A program made the position numbers and the translations under genes. From Amoebophrya sp. A120 (Eukaryota; Protista; Dinoflagellata), in the NCBI GenBank assembly GCA_905178155.1, contig CAJINV010000001.1, positions 10,321,432 to 10,385,431 of the forward strand: DNA of 64,000 bases, given 5' to 3'. Positions within the stretch are counted from its first letter, which is position 1, and every line of letters begins with the position of its first letter. This document shows positions 21,727-32,871 of this stretch, piece by piece. Under the pieces are notes generated by a model. It ran no database searches. It saw only the letters and a program-made list of their open reading frames with translations, and was not told where the DNA came from.

Positions 21727-22640
21727 GCATTTTTAACGTCTTTGAAAATTTCAGTACAGCGCGGCTTGCTTTGCGGTTCTGGCTGTTCTACTAAGTTAGG
21801 ACGTCTAGTCAGTCGGTCAATCACTATTTCAATTTCTGTTGAGAACATCACCGGAATCAGGTCGGTCTAATGTTGTTGTGCTACCAGTACAACTACTAGC
21901 TGCCAGGTCCTGCACTCACACTCTTCTACAACTGCCTGCTCTAATGAAGATAGTTCAGAAGATTTTTTCGGTTTCGTGCAAACACAAGAAAAAATGCGAA
22001 ATTGCTTTCTACTTTCGGTTTGACTTTGGAGCTCGCTGCTCCTACTCGTGATGATGAATTTGAATTTCGTGCAATTCACAACTATATTCGGTTTGAAAAG
22101 CGCTGCCCTTGTTACGCTCGGTTTGTCGGAAAGTTAAATGCCGAATGCGTCATCGGTATCGTTCATGCATGCGCCGTTGCGCGTTCGTTCAAACTCAAAG
22201 AGGACCAGAGCCTGCTACGCTGGCTCTCGTGCAAATGAAAGTTAAGTCGTCTTTTCTGCATTTTCGTCGTGCACTTCTGCAACCGCGTGCTTCACTTTGC
22301 GTAGCAGATGTTGACCTGGTCCATCTTCACATCAATTAACCCGGTACAGGCTACACTAAAATTAACCCATATTCCCCATACAAGCGTTTTTCCCCAAAGA
22401 ATTTCAAATTATCCGCCATTTTCTGTCCCCCATGTTGTGTTGGCGTGCCCAGGAGGCCTTCGCAGTCTCCGCGCTGCGTTGGTTTCTTGGCGAAACACCA
22501 TCACTTTCGTTTTGATCATTTTTACAGTAGCATGATGTTGTTCCCACGAGAAATTTAAACCTGCTCCTTTACGCGACCTACTGTGTTTTCGTTTCCCGGA
22601 GCAGGACCACAGTCACCACCGTCTGATCACGAGCAACTAG

Positions 22641-25600
22641 ATGAGTGGTCCAGGCCCGGGGCCGGCGGGCGGCAGCGGCAAGTACCAGACGAATGTCGAC
22701 GTGACACCGAGAGGCGACGAGCTGGACACCGCCATAGACGAGCTTCTGAATGAGGACAGGCCGCCAGGGGGAGGGCAAGCTAGCTCGTCCTCAAATAGAC
22801 CACCTCCCGCCAAGCCGCCAGACGGAACAACGACGACCTCCGGAACATCAAGTAACAAGCCGGAGAATAAAACGGTGGAATTCGCGCGAGCGCAGTCGAT
22901 GGCGGTGGTCACCAAAATGAAGGTCCGGGTGGACGAAGAGACGGACAGGAAGGAAAGAGAAAAGGAACAGAAGGAGAAACGGAACAAGGCTCGGACGAAC
23001 ATTTTTTCCGCGGGCGCCTTCTTGCCCGGCGTCACCGTGCTGAACCGCAGGACCGGTGGCGCGAGAAACGCGGGCGCCAGTTTTTTCTTCGGGAAATCGG
23101 GCACGTTCCCCGACGATAGGGTTGCCGAGCTCGAAGCTCTAACTACAGAGACCGTGAACCACCTGTGGAACCAGCCGTGGAGGAAGGTAAGCGGCAAGGA
23201 CAGCTGGTTCTGGGACTACTTTCCCGTTTTCCACACAGAAAACGTGTACCGCACCGCCTGGAGCCTGTTCTTCGTGTTACCCCTGATGTACATAGCAACG
23301 GTTTTCCCGTATAGGCTCGCGTTCGTCGAAATGCGGCTGCCGACGGTGTGGCCAAACGAGATAGACGCAAACGGGAACGAAATTCTGACTGACGGCAGCG
23401 CCGATCCGGTTTCCGAGGCGTGGAAGATTTTCGACTATGTGATCGACGGGCTGTTCTGGCTGGATTTACTCCTGCAGTTCACCTTTGCCTACGAAAACCA
23501 CAAGGGCGAGCTGGTCAGTCATCCCCGGGAAATTTTCTGTGCCTACTTAAAAACGTGGTTTGCCATCGATTTTCTCGCTTGTCTGCCCCCCATCGTCTGG
23601 GAGGGCCTAGCTGGAGAGGCGTCCGGCACCAACAAGCTCGGAAGGATCAGCCGTCTATACCGCGTTTCCAAAATCTTCAAGCTGACCAGGCTGGTGAAGA
23701 TAAAAGCCCTGATGAAGTGGTCCGCCCTCGCCAAGTCGTCCCAGTTGCTCTACTTGCTCTTCCAGGTGTTCGGGAAAAGCCGGGTCTTCGAAATCTTGAA
23801 GTTCATGTGCTCCCTGCTGGTACTGACTTTTTTTTTGGGAATTTTTTTTTGCTGTTTCTCGTTCTCGTTCAGTTCGTTGATTGCTCCTACTTTTGCTATT
23901 CATTTTGTAACCGCAATGTAACAAGCTCAAGCACGAAAATAAATGGAAAACAAATTTTTATTGCCCCATTTCGCAACTACTACAGGCTCTCTCCCACATT
24001 TTCGCCTGCGGATGGTACCTCGTCGCCGCGCTGCAACCCGACCCGACACACACGTGGGTGTGGCGACGAACGGTGCCTACACAGAACGGTAGCGAGCCGT
24101 TGTTACTTGTTGACTACGGGAGCGGCGAACAGTGGCTGCACTCTTTGTACTACGTCTTGACGGTTTTCACCACCGTGGGTTTTGGTGACATCACGCCGTT
24201 CACCAAATCCGAACTTCTCTACTCCATGTTTTTGATGTTGATCGGTGCCATTGTGAACTCCATCATCATCTCTGAAGTGATCCACGTGGTCACCAGAACG
24301 GACGTCGTCAGGTCGGAGATGCAGCGGAAGAACCAGGCGGTCAAACAGTTCTGCGAGGCGACTAGATTGAATCTGCGGACGGAACGAACGATTTCCAGGT
24401 TCTCCGAGGTGATGACAAAGTCCAAATACGCCAAGGAAGACTCGGCCACGCGCGAAACGGATAGGTTTATGTGGCGCGATCTCTGCGAACTGGCCGACGC
24501 GATGGATCCAAATTTGCGCTCCAGCATCGTGAAGCGGGTCTTCGAGGGCATGTTCTTTCGCTCGGCCTTCCTGATGCACTGCATCAACAAAAACGCGGCG
24601 TCGGAAGAGTTGCGATCGCTGCCGCTAGTGGTAGCGTCGTTTCTGAAGCAACAGACAATAGCGCAGGGCGACTACCTGTATCACGTGGGCGAGCAGCCGA
24701 AGGGGTTGTGGCTGATCATGAAGGGTGTCGTCAGCTACGTCGCCGTACCCTCGGAATTCGGCGGAATTCACCACACATCGACGATATTGAACCTGATGCG
24801 ACTCCAGCAAACGCCACTGATGCTGAAAGAACGGTAGGATGTTTGTCTTTGTACTATGTTCGTCGTAGGAGAAAAGGCCGAAACCCGCCTTCTAATTTAA
24901 CTTTTATGTTTTATCTATCATGTTCACTGCTCAATCTGACCTGATGCTGATGCATTTCTTACTAGCATGGAACCGCCCATTGTCATTCCCTAACTCGAAA
25001 ACAGGGCGTACCCCTACATGGTGTTTGGTCCGAGGTCATACGTGGGCATTTGGGAAGTGATTTATCCAAGAGAGCGCGTAACCAATTGCCGGGTAGAGCA
25101 GGAAGCGACCGTGGCCTACTTGAGCAGGAACGACTTCGTGACCATTTGCCACAAATTTCCGAATCTGATCAGCAGCCTGAAAATGCACGCGCAGCGAAAG
25201 GAGAGCCGCAGGCGGATGGCTATCGCCGCACACGCAGAGCAAATAGACCACCAGCAATTGGCCGGGAGGATATTAACAAGGTGGTGGCGGGCGATATCAC
25301 AGAAACAGATGGCTGTGCAGTTGACACAGGCTCTCGAACAAAACAACGCAGCACTGGCTCACGGTGTATATCCCGCCGAATCGGGCAGCAAACTAAAAAC
25401 GGTACGATATAGGAAATGCAAATTTTGTAGGAGCATATCTTCCTTTGTCTGCTTTGATTTCACATTCACTACTGCGAGCAGGGTTCTCGTGTTTCTGTTT
25501 TGTCAGATGATGATGAATCGTCTCTGAGGTGCTAGTGTTTCTTAAAGTCGTTCTTGGATTTGGATAGACACAGTAAGAGAAATACTTAAGAACAAAAAAG

Positions 25601-26055
25601 AAATTCAAAAACTCCTGACCCTTCAGGTACTCTCGCGCATTGCCTTCCGTGCGCAGAGGCTGTCCAAGAGCAACGTGTCGGAGGTGATGGGCGATAATTC
25701 GGATCAGATTATCAGAAAGATCAACGAAGAGATGGAGGGCGGCAAGGCGATAAATCCGGAGGACGTGGAGAGGCTAGTGAACGAGCACGTTGGCGGGAGC
25801 AAACCTCCAATGGAGGTCCGGTCACGCACGTCCTCCGGCGGCAGCAAGGGGCCGGCGGCCAGGTTCGCTCGACAGTCTACCTTCCCTGACGAGGCCGAGA
25901 TGGCGGCGCCCGGGTTTTCACAATCGAGCGCCCAGTACACACGACAACTGCGAAGGCTACGGCTCGACAACGAGGCCCTCTCCTCCAAACTGAGCGAAAT
26001 ATTCCGGATGACACAAGACATCTATTTCGCGAACTTTGGCCGGGAAATGGGATAA
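22641..26055 (+). CDS. Cyclic-nucleotide-binding-domain voltage-gated K+ channel (EAG/ERG/HCN superfamily), ~950 aa
   Basis: Exons 22641-23819, 23986-24833, 25005-25401 and 25627-26055. Motifs: YLKTWFAIDFLACLP, an S4 R/K periodic segment, S5 SHIFACGWY, pore TVFTTVGFGD, and CNBD GDYLYHVGEQPKGLWLIMKG..G..SYVG. Confidence 0.9.
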
Positions 26056-27481
26056 GTAAGTAGCCTTGTTCTCGATAATTGACACTGTGTGAGACACAAA
26101 TACCCCTTATCCAACCAACGCAAACTAAAGAAGATTTGTGCTTTTTTTATGATGTCCCCCTATTTGATGTTTACGCAAGTACTTTTTTATCGAATTGAAA
26201 TTGTTCTAATCACGCGCTTTGAAATTTTAAGAAGTAGTAGTAGGACGGAGTCAACACTAGCTGCTTGTAGGCATAGGACATAGTGTGGAACTACAGCTCG
26301 CATGGAATAGGAAAAAATGCATGGAACATCGTCGACACAACCTGCAAAGGAGTCTGAAGCTCATTGTTGAAGTAAGTGGGTTGAGTGACCTGCTTCGGTT
26401 TCGGTATGGTGGCGCTATACTGATTCGTTTCCACATAGAAAACGATACACATCGACAGCCTACTCAAGTAGTTATGACGAACAAAACGCTCATATGATTG
26501 TCCTTTTCATGGTGGCTTTTATGTTTTCTCATTCGCACCGCGACGACGTTGGTCGACGTCTTCCTCACATGCATTTTGTGAGGTTCTTGCAAACAGTTCG
26601 TGCAGGCGTTTTTCGGGGGCACCAATGTCGTGTTCGGCACAATCGTATCTTCCTGCACTTCTGACAACTTCATCGTATCATGCACTAGGACTAGCGTTGA
26701 GTAGTCTTTTTCTGGAACTTGATGTGATTCGAGGGTGTTTCTGATTCTGAGAGAGGCGTATCTTTGACGTAATGCTAATGTATGACATCAATGGGATCTT
26801 GAATCTTGCATTCGCACTGGTTGTCGTGGTGGTTTTCCTGGAAAATCGGTGTGGTCGTGGTCTGGTTGGATTGGTAGATGTGGTTGTGATGGTGGTTTTG
26901 GTTGTTGCCTCTATGGTGGGTAGATGTTTTTTGCGGTGGGTCTGGGTACTCTTGGGGCCTGGTGGAACTGGTACCTCCGGCATAAGTAGAAGCGACTTCT
27001 AGTTCTAGGGCCTCGCGTGGATAAACTGAAGGTCTACTGTACACGAGTAACTCAAAAGAAAAAACTATCCCACGTCACAGCCTGCTCGCAGAAAGATATA
27101 TTTTTTGTTGCAAATAATTTTTAAAAAGTTGCACTGAAGGCAGCGCACTCGTTTCGGGTCGGTGGGAACAAAAATTTGAAGCAATAATGTCGGACGCTTC
27201 AACGAGCGCCACACCTCTACCAATGGTAGCCTTCTCTGATGACCGTACGACGTGTCGAACCTGCTGCGACGCCAGCACTCCGAGTGATGAGCAAGCAACC
27301 TGCGTGACCTGCGATGAGCTTCAGGCTGAAAGGTGCGAGTTGTTTTCAACCTGGTCGTCCTGGAGTAGCGATACAATGATCCACATCGATGCTGTACTTT
27401 TGGGAATTTAGGTGTTTATTTTTGCGTTATGCCTACAGCACAACTTTGACTTTCACTTTGCTTCTGGAAGAAGAAAAATGA

Positions 27482-28081
27482 ATGATCAAACTTGCAAACA
27501 GAATCACACGGTGGATCGAAGGGGACATAAAACGAATAGTGAAGCAGCCGCAGCTACGGGTGATGGTGGAGGTAGAAATAGTTTCGAGGTTGCAGATACT
27601 GGGCGAGCAATTAGCGAGGGACCTCTACTGGTCGGCAGCAAGCCGCAAGGCTCTCATCAACATGGCAGTGAGAAAAATACTAGCGGCTTCGGGTGTTGGT
27701 TTAATTGGCGAGAAGACCCGGGCCTTCTGCAGGGACCACCTCGGGCTGAATAAACCGACGCAGAAACAGGAGCGGGGAAACAGCAGCTGCCTCAAGTCAA
27801 AAACGTCGGCTGCAGTAGGAGCTTCGCACCATACGGTCGTGCGGAAGAATAACGAAAAACAGCGTAGAGCAAACAAGCCAATGCAGCTTTGTTCCGGGTT
27901 CTTTTTTGAAGAAGATAAGTTTCGTGCACCTCCAGTGCCGTCATCATGCTCATGGTCGTCTACGTCTTCAAGTAGTTCAACTTCAACCTCAGCGCGGACA
28001 TCGAGAAACTACAGCGACGTTATACCCATACCAGAGACCGAGACGAGCTTTCATCATGATAAAGTTGAAGACGTGTGGTGA
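27482..28081 (+). CDS. Hypothetical protein (199 aa), structure uncertain
   Basis: ATG-initiated ORF with a helical-looking N-half and Ser-rich tail. Cys-rich ORF 27187-27411 may be an upstream exon, but I found no clean junction. Confidence 0.35.
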   Translation: MIKLANRITRWIEGDIKRIVKQPQLRVMVEVEIVSRLQILGEQLARDLYWSAASRKALINMAVRKILAASGVGLIGEKTRAFCRDHLGLNKPTQKQERGNSSCLKSKTSAAVGASHHTVVRKNNEKQRRANKPMQLCSGFFFEEDKFRAPPVPSSCSWSSTSSSSSTSTSARTSRNYSDVIPIPETETSFHHDKVEDVW

Positions 28082-29266
28082 TCGCATGGTAGTAGACATT
28101 TTCTCTTGTTGTATACTCGGGTACTCAGCATCAAATGAATTCACTGTAGGAATCTCAGGAAAGCACTGGCATCACATTCCGAATTTTTCGTCGTGTCATT
28201 CGTGTATGTTGTGGTTCACTTGTAGCCCGTCGCTTCTACTGGATGTTAGTATCTATCAGTAGAAGATGAACAAGAACACATAGAAAGACGAGCATGCAAC
28301 AATGCACTGCCTTTTTTTTGTCGCACCGCTCCTGCAGCTTCATCGGGCTTTATTGTCTGCGTCGTGACTTTCTGATTTTCGTTTTCCTTTTCGCTACGTC
28401 GCTTTCTTGGAACAAACGTACACGTACCACGAAATAGTCACACGAAACTGAAACACAAACAGAACAACGTAGGCACAGGTGATGAAGAAGTGACCGTTAA
28501 GATTGGTTGTGTTGTGTCTGCCACCGCCAAACGAGTTGAGTTGATTCTCGTTCTCGCAATGAGCCACAAGCATAGTTGGCAGGAGAATTGCAAGAACAGT
28601 AACTACTGCCGATCGACGATGGTTGGAACGCGATTTAGTAGTGATTCGCCCATGCCCGCCAAACATAAAAACTTCAACTTGTACTTGGAGATCGGTTAAC
28701 GATTTCTCGGGCACTTCATGCAGTATGTACTCGTTCGTATCCGTCAAGGTTCGATGTCGGTTTTTCAGTTCATATGCAAGTCGGAGCTGCCTGCAATTTG
28801 ATCGTAGTGGATATCCATATCCTCGGTCGTATCCTGCAGCAACTGCTGCCGCTCCAGTCGTACTTATTTAGTTTCAATTAGTGAGATGTCCGAGCGCACA
28901 TTTGAGATTGCATTGCACATACCTATCGTCCATCTTGCTTCCGTGGCATACGCAATCGGTTCGTTTTTGACTGCTATCGTTCCTTTGCCTTTGCCGCCGA
29001 GATGGCTTGACTCGTTACGTTCATTGGCTATTATGTCGTGCGATGAGAACTTGAACTGCTTCTAGTGCGTCGGATTTGTTGATTTGAGCTTTACCCAAAA
29101 AACGCAGCGGCATAACCACCAAAGACGTCTACCCATGCGAAATATCACGTATTTTTTTCAGAAACGTTGTTGTTTCCTTTTGATCCTCCAACCAGCATGT
29201 TGCTTTTGTTTGAATTCGTTCATGCCATGAAGATGCAATCCTTACGAAGATAGCACAAAGACGACT

Positions 29267-32200
29267 ATGGTCTTCCTCCGCGGAGCTGCATCCCGAGGCG
29301 CCGACGGCGACGCGGCGAGACAGGGACAGCCGCGATCCCTCCGAGAACGCTTAGCGGAAACGAGATCGCGAGGGCAATTCGGTGGCGGAGATAATTCCGG
29401 GAGCGGGAGCCGCGGCGGCGGTTCGTCCGCATTTTCGTTCAAACGCGATGTCCCGGTGCAGCGACGGCACACCTTTGCGCCGCTTTTCGACAAGGGCAGG
29501 AATTCGAACGCTCGCGGAGGCAATAGTGGAGTTGTTCCCCCGGTTCACTGTACTAGGCCACAGACAGACACTGCTAGCGAGGACGACGCGTTGGATAGCG
29601 CAAGAGAAGGACAACGAGAGGAACCGACGAGTTTATTTGACCCAGACGCCCGGACACCGGCAGCCATCATTCGAACCCTGGAACAAGTTGAGACCGAGCG
29701 ACCCGGCGCAACTTCAAGATCACCAGGCCTGTTGCAGCAGCAAATGAACCAGGTGGCTCCGGTCGTTGCGACCTCGATTGTTGAGGAAAGTAGGAGACCC
29801 GCGCTATTCCAGTCGAGCCAAGCATCCAGTCCGGTTGGCGTGGTCAGTTTCGGAAAAAAGACACCCTCGGCTTCGTCGACGCAACCACGGCCCGTGCTTT
29901 TCGGCGGCGCGCCACAGAGTACTAGACCAAGCGAAGATAGCACTAACAGCCAGCAGCGCGGAAGCAAGGGTCGAGCAGGGAACTACGATGCGCCTCCTGC
30001 GCAGATAGATTCGAAGGGATCCAGCCGGATGTCCACGTCCTCCGGGGATGAGAAAAGCCGGTCTGGGAACACATCGACCACAGGTGGCGCAATTAGGCTC
30101 GACGCGAGCGGACTCTTGGAGGAGCTGAGTGAACAGTCGACGGCAACAACCACGCCGCCGCGCGAACGCTTGCTCTCTTCTCAAGGGTACGCGGATCCCG
30201 ATAAACGCTTGGCAACACTCTATGCCATGCGGGCAGCTCACAGCGATAATCACAGTTACGTGGTCGCTGGTGCGGCGGCTACTGCGTCAGGAACAATAAG
30301 TGCTGCACCTGCAGGAAGCGCTACGTCGTCTGCTGCTGTCGATATACCGAATGCCTCGGTTTCGTACCCGTCAGTGCAACCTCCATCAGTACAGCTTGTG
30401 AGCGATCCAGTGACTACGGCACAGCTTGGCGGGCATATTACTAGCAACAGCCATCAAATTGTAGATGAGCTCGCGTTTGTGGGTCTTACCAGGACCTCGC
30501 CACCGCCGGCTTTTCTCAACCACGATGTAACCCCTGAGCACGACGTAAGGCCATCTGCTCCCCCTCAAACACCACCTGTAGACAATGCTGCAAGTGCAAC
30601 CTCTCTCGGAGCCGCCGATCACCATAGCGTCACGTCCCGCCGTATCTTGGAGTTTGAGGAGCAGGTGAAGCAGAAAGATGCGGAACTCGAAAGGATGAGA
30701 CACAAGCTGCGGGAAAAGGACGCCGCAAATGAAAAGCTCGCGGCCGACAACCGGCTTTTGCAAGAGAAACTTGCCTTTCTTGACGAGCGCAAAGAGCACG
30801 AGCGTAGAGTATTCGACCACGAAAAAGCGGAACTGAGCCGCGTCATCCAGGAAGAGCAGGACGCAAAGAATGAGCTCCGCCTGCACGTGTGCGATTTGCA
30901 AACTCGACTGGGCACGATTGCCAACACGGCGACTTCGGGGCCGTCCGGCACGGTCACCCCTTACTATTCACCACGGGCACGGAGTCGCAGCATCACACCA
31001 AGATTGAGCAGCGTCAAGTCATCGCCCTTCGAGCATGCTGCAGGCAGTGCTCCCGCGGCCTTCGCGCTACAGTTGGAGCAGCGAGCGGAGTTGGAACGGA
31101 GCGCGAGCATACAGCCCGTAGTGGGATCTCACTTGCAGGAGCACGATTCCGCCACAGCGGAGTTGGCCTCTCTGGTCCTACCAGTGGGAACGAATGCGGT
31201 GCCGGCAGGCGCAGCGGCGATGCAGCACGTGCGCGTTGTTACGATACAGACGAACTCCAACGGAGAGGACGAGATACAAGCGTTCGAAAGGCAGCAAGAA
31301 CTTCCATTACAGGAGCAAACCCTACTTCTAACGAGCCAGCTCGGAAAAACTTCAAACGAAGGCAGTCCACCGATCCCAGGAACGAGAACTAGTACAGGTA
31401 GCGCAGGAGTAACAAACTTCGCTCTGACAACTGGTGTGCACCATAGTGCAGGAGCACCTCCAGGCCCTTCTTCACTAGGTCCTTCGTCGCCCCCCAGAGG
31501 GCCACAGTTGCTGTTTCCCTCTCCAAACAAAACAAGACCCGCTCCTGCAGCGCTTTCAGAATCAGAACAACGAAGCCCTTCCGCGGTTGCCGTAAACCCT
31601 CAATCCAGCCAGATCGGGTCATGGTTCCAGCCCGCAACTCTCTTTGCAAAAGAACGCAAGCGCACGTCGACGATAGACCTGAGTCAGAACTTGATTAACA
31701 GTCCTGGGGGCGGCTCAACGGCAACACCGGGCTCGTCGGCCTCAGCTGCAATGCCAGCGTTTACCGTTAGCGGCAGTGCTCCTGCTTCGAATGCAGTAGC
31801 AGATCAGTCGCACACCTCCCCGCAATCAGCGCAGCACCAGGCGATAACACAACCGAGCAACTTCTTCTCGTTGTTTGCTGGGGCCGCAGCAGCCGGCCCC
31901 GCTCCCGGGCTCGGTTCTGCCGGCTCCGCATTGCCGCCTGGTGCGGTTGTGCAAACGCGAGAAGTGCTAGACATTGGGTCAACGGGCGGAATGGACCAGC
32001 AGCAGCTGCAGCAGCAGCAGACATCACCTTTTCACAACTCGACCAATTCACAAGGCCGGCCGCTGTTATCCTTTGCAAACCTGGCCGCGGAGCAAAGAAA
32101 CTTCCACAATTCCTTCTTCAGTAACCATTCCTCACCGTCGCACAACTCCAACCCGAACAACTCGGTTGGGCTAAGCGCACCAAGACCGCATGATGCCGAT

Positions 32201-32326
32201 CCGCCAGCAGCTGCGGTGACGCAACAGCAGCTGCAGCAGCACATGGAGGCGGACTTCGATATGGATCGGGACGCGGCGGAGCCTGACATTGATATGCTTG
32301 ATGACAACGATATGAATTTGCTTTGA
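29267..32326 (+). CDS. Low-complexity protein with central coiled coil (1019 aa)
   Basis: Single ORF with a heptad-rich segment RILEFEEQVKQKDAELERMR..LQTRL flanked by S/A/P/Q-rich disorder. Confidence 0.75.
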   Translation: MVFLRGAASRGADGDAARQGQPRSLRERLAETRSRGQFGGGDNSGSGSRGGGSSAFSFKRDVPVQRRHTFAPLFDKGRNSNARGGNSGVVPPVHCTRPQTDTASEDDALDSAREGQREEPTSLFDPDARTPAAIIRTLEQVETERPGATSRSPGLLQQQMNQVAPVVATSIVEESRRPALFQSSQASSPVGVVSFGKKTPSASSTQPRPVLFGGAPQSTRPSEDSTNSQQRGSKGRAGNYDAPPAQIDSKGSSRMSTSSGDEKSRSGNTSTTGGAIRLDASGLLEELSEQSTATTTPPRERLLSSQGYADPDKRLATLYAMRAAHSDNHSYVVAGAAATASGTISAAPAGSATSSAAVDIPNASVSYPSVQPPSVQLVSDPVTTAQLGGHITSNSHQIVDELAFVGLTRTSPPPAFLNHDVTPEHDVRPSAPPQTPPVDNAASATSLGAADHHSVTSRRILEFEEQVKQKDAELERMRHKLREKDAANEKLAADNRLLQEKLAFLDERKEHERRVFDHEKAELSRVIQEEQDAKNELRLHVCDLQTRLGTIANTATSGPSGTVTPYYSPRARSRSITPRLSSVKSSPFEHAAGSAPAAFALQLEQRAELERSASIQPVVGSHLQEHDSATAELASLVLPVGTNAVPAGAAAMQHVRVVTIQTNSNGEDEIQAFERQQELPLQEQTLLLTSQLGKTSNEGSPPIPGTRTSTGSAGVTNFALTTGVHHSAGAPPGPSSLGPSSPPRGPQLLFPSPNKTRPAPAALSESEQRSPSAVAVNPQSSQIGSWFQPATLFAKERKRTSTIDLSQNLINSPGGGSTATPGSSASAAMPAFTVSGSAPASNAVADQSHTSPQSAQHQAITQPSNFFSLFAGAAAAGPAPGLGSAGSALPPGAVVQTREVLDIGSTGGMDQQQLQQQQTSPFHNSTNSQGRPLLSFANLAAEQRNFHNSFFSNHSSPSHNSNPNNSVGLSAPRPHDADPPAAAVTQQQLQQHMEADFDMDRDAAEPDIDMLDDNDMNLL

Positions 32327-32871
32327 GGCAGGCTAGCATCAATCTCCGAGGCAATATTAAAATCAACAATACTCATCCGTTTCTTTCTTGAATCTAGAAA
32401 AAGAACAGCTTTTGTTTTCCCTCGTCACAATTTCTGTACCACTCCAGGGAGCAGGGACGACCTGTGAAACATGCTCAAGGGTCATCTACAAACGCGCACT
32501 GGAAAACTTACCCACCTCCTGGTTGAGATGATGACTTAATACATTCCCGTTTCGCGACGTGTAAGAAAACTTTTGTGCTTCTGGATGTTGCGTTGTAAAA
32601 CCCGGACAAAATAACAAAGCAAAAGGACGAAAGGAGCTTCTGTCACTTTTTTTTCTACAACGCAAGAAAAGAATCATTCTGTGTTCAACAATTGGATCGA
32701 TATTTATCGAGAAGTTAACGTTAAGGTACTGCTTATATGCGTCGATCAGACATTTCGGTATCATGCCGCATTTTTGCAACATGCGTGTGGTATACCGCAG
32801 CTGCTCAGAACAGCAAGAACAGAGTGGAGCTCTCAAGCTTTATTTGCGCCAAACAACAACGAACAGAAACA

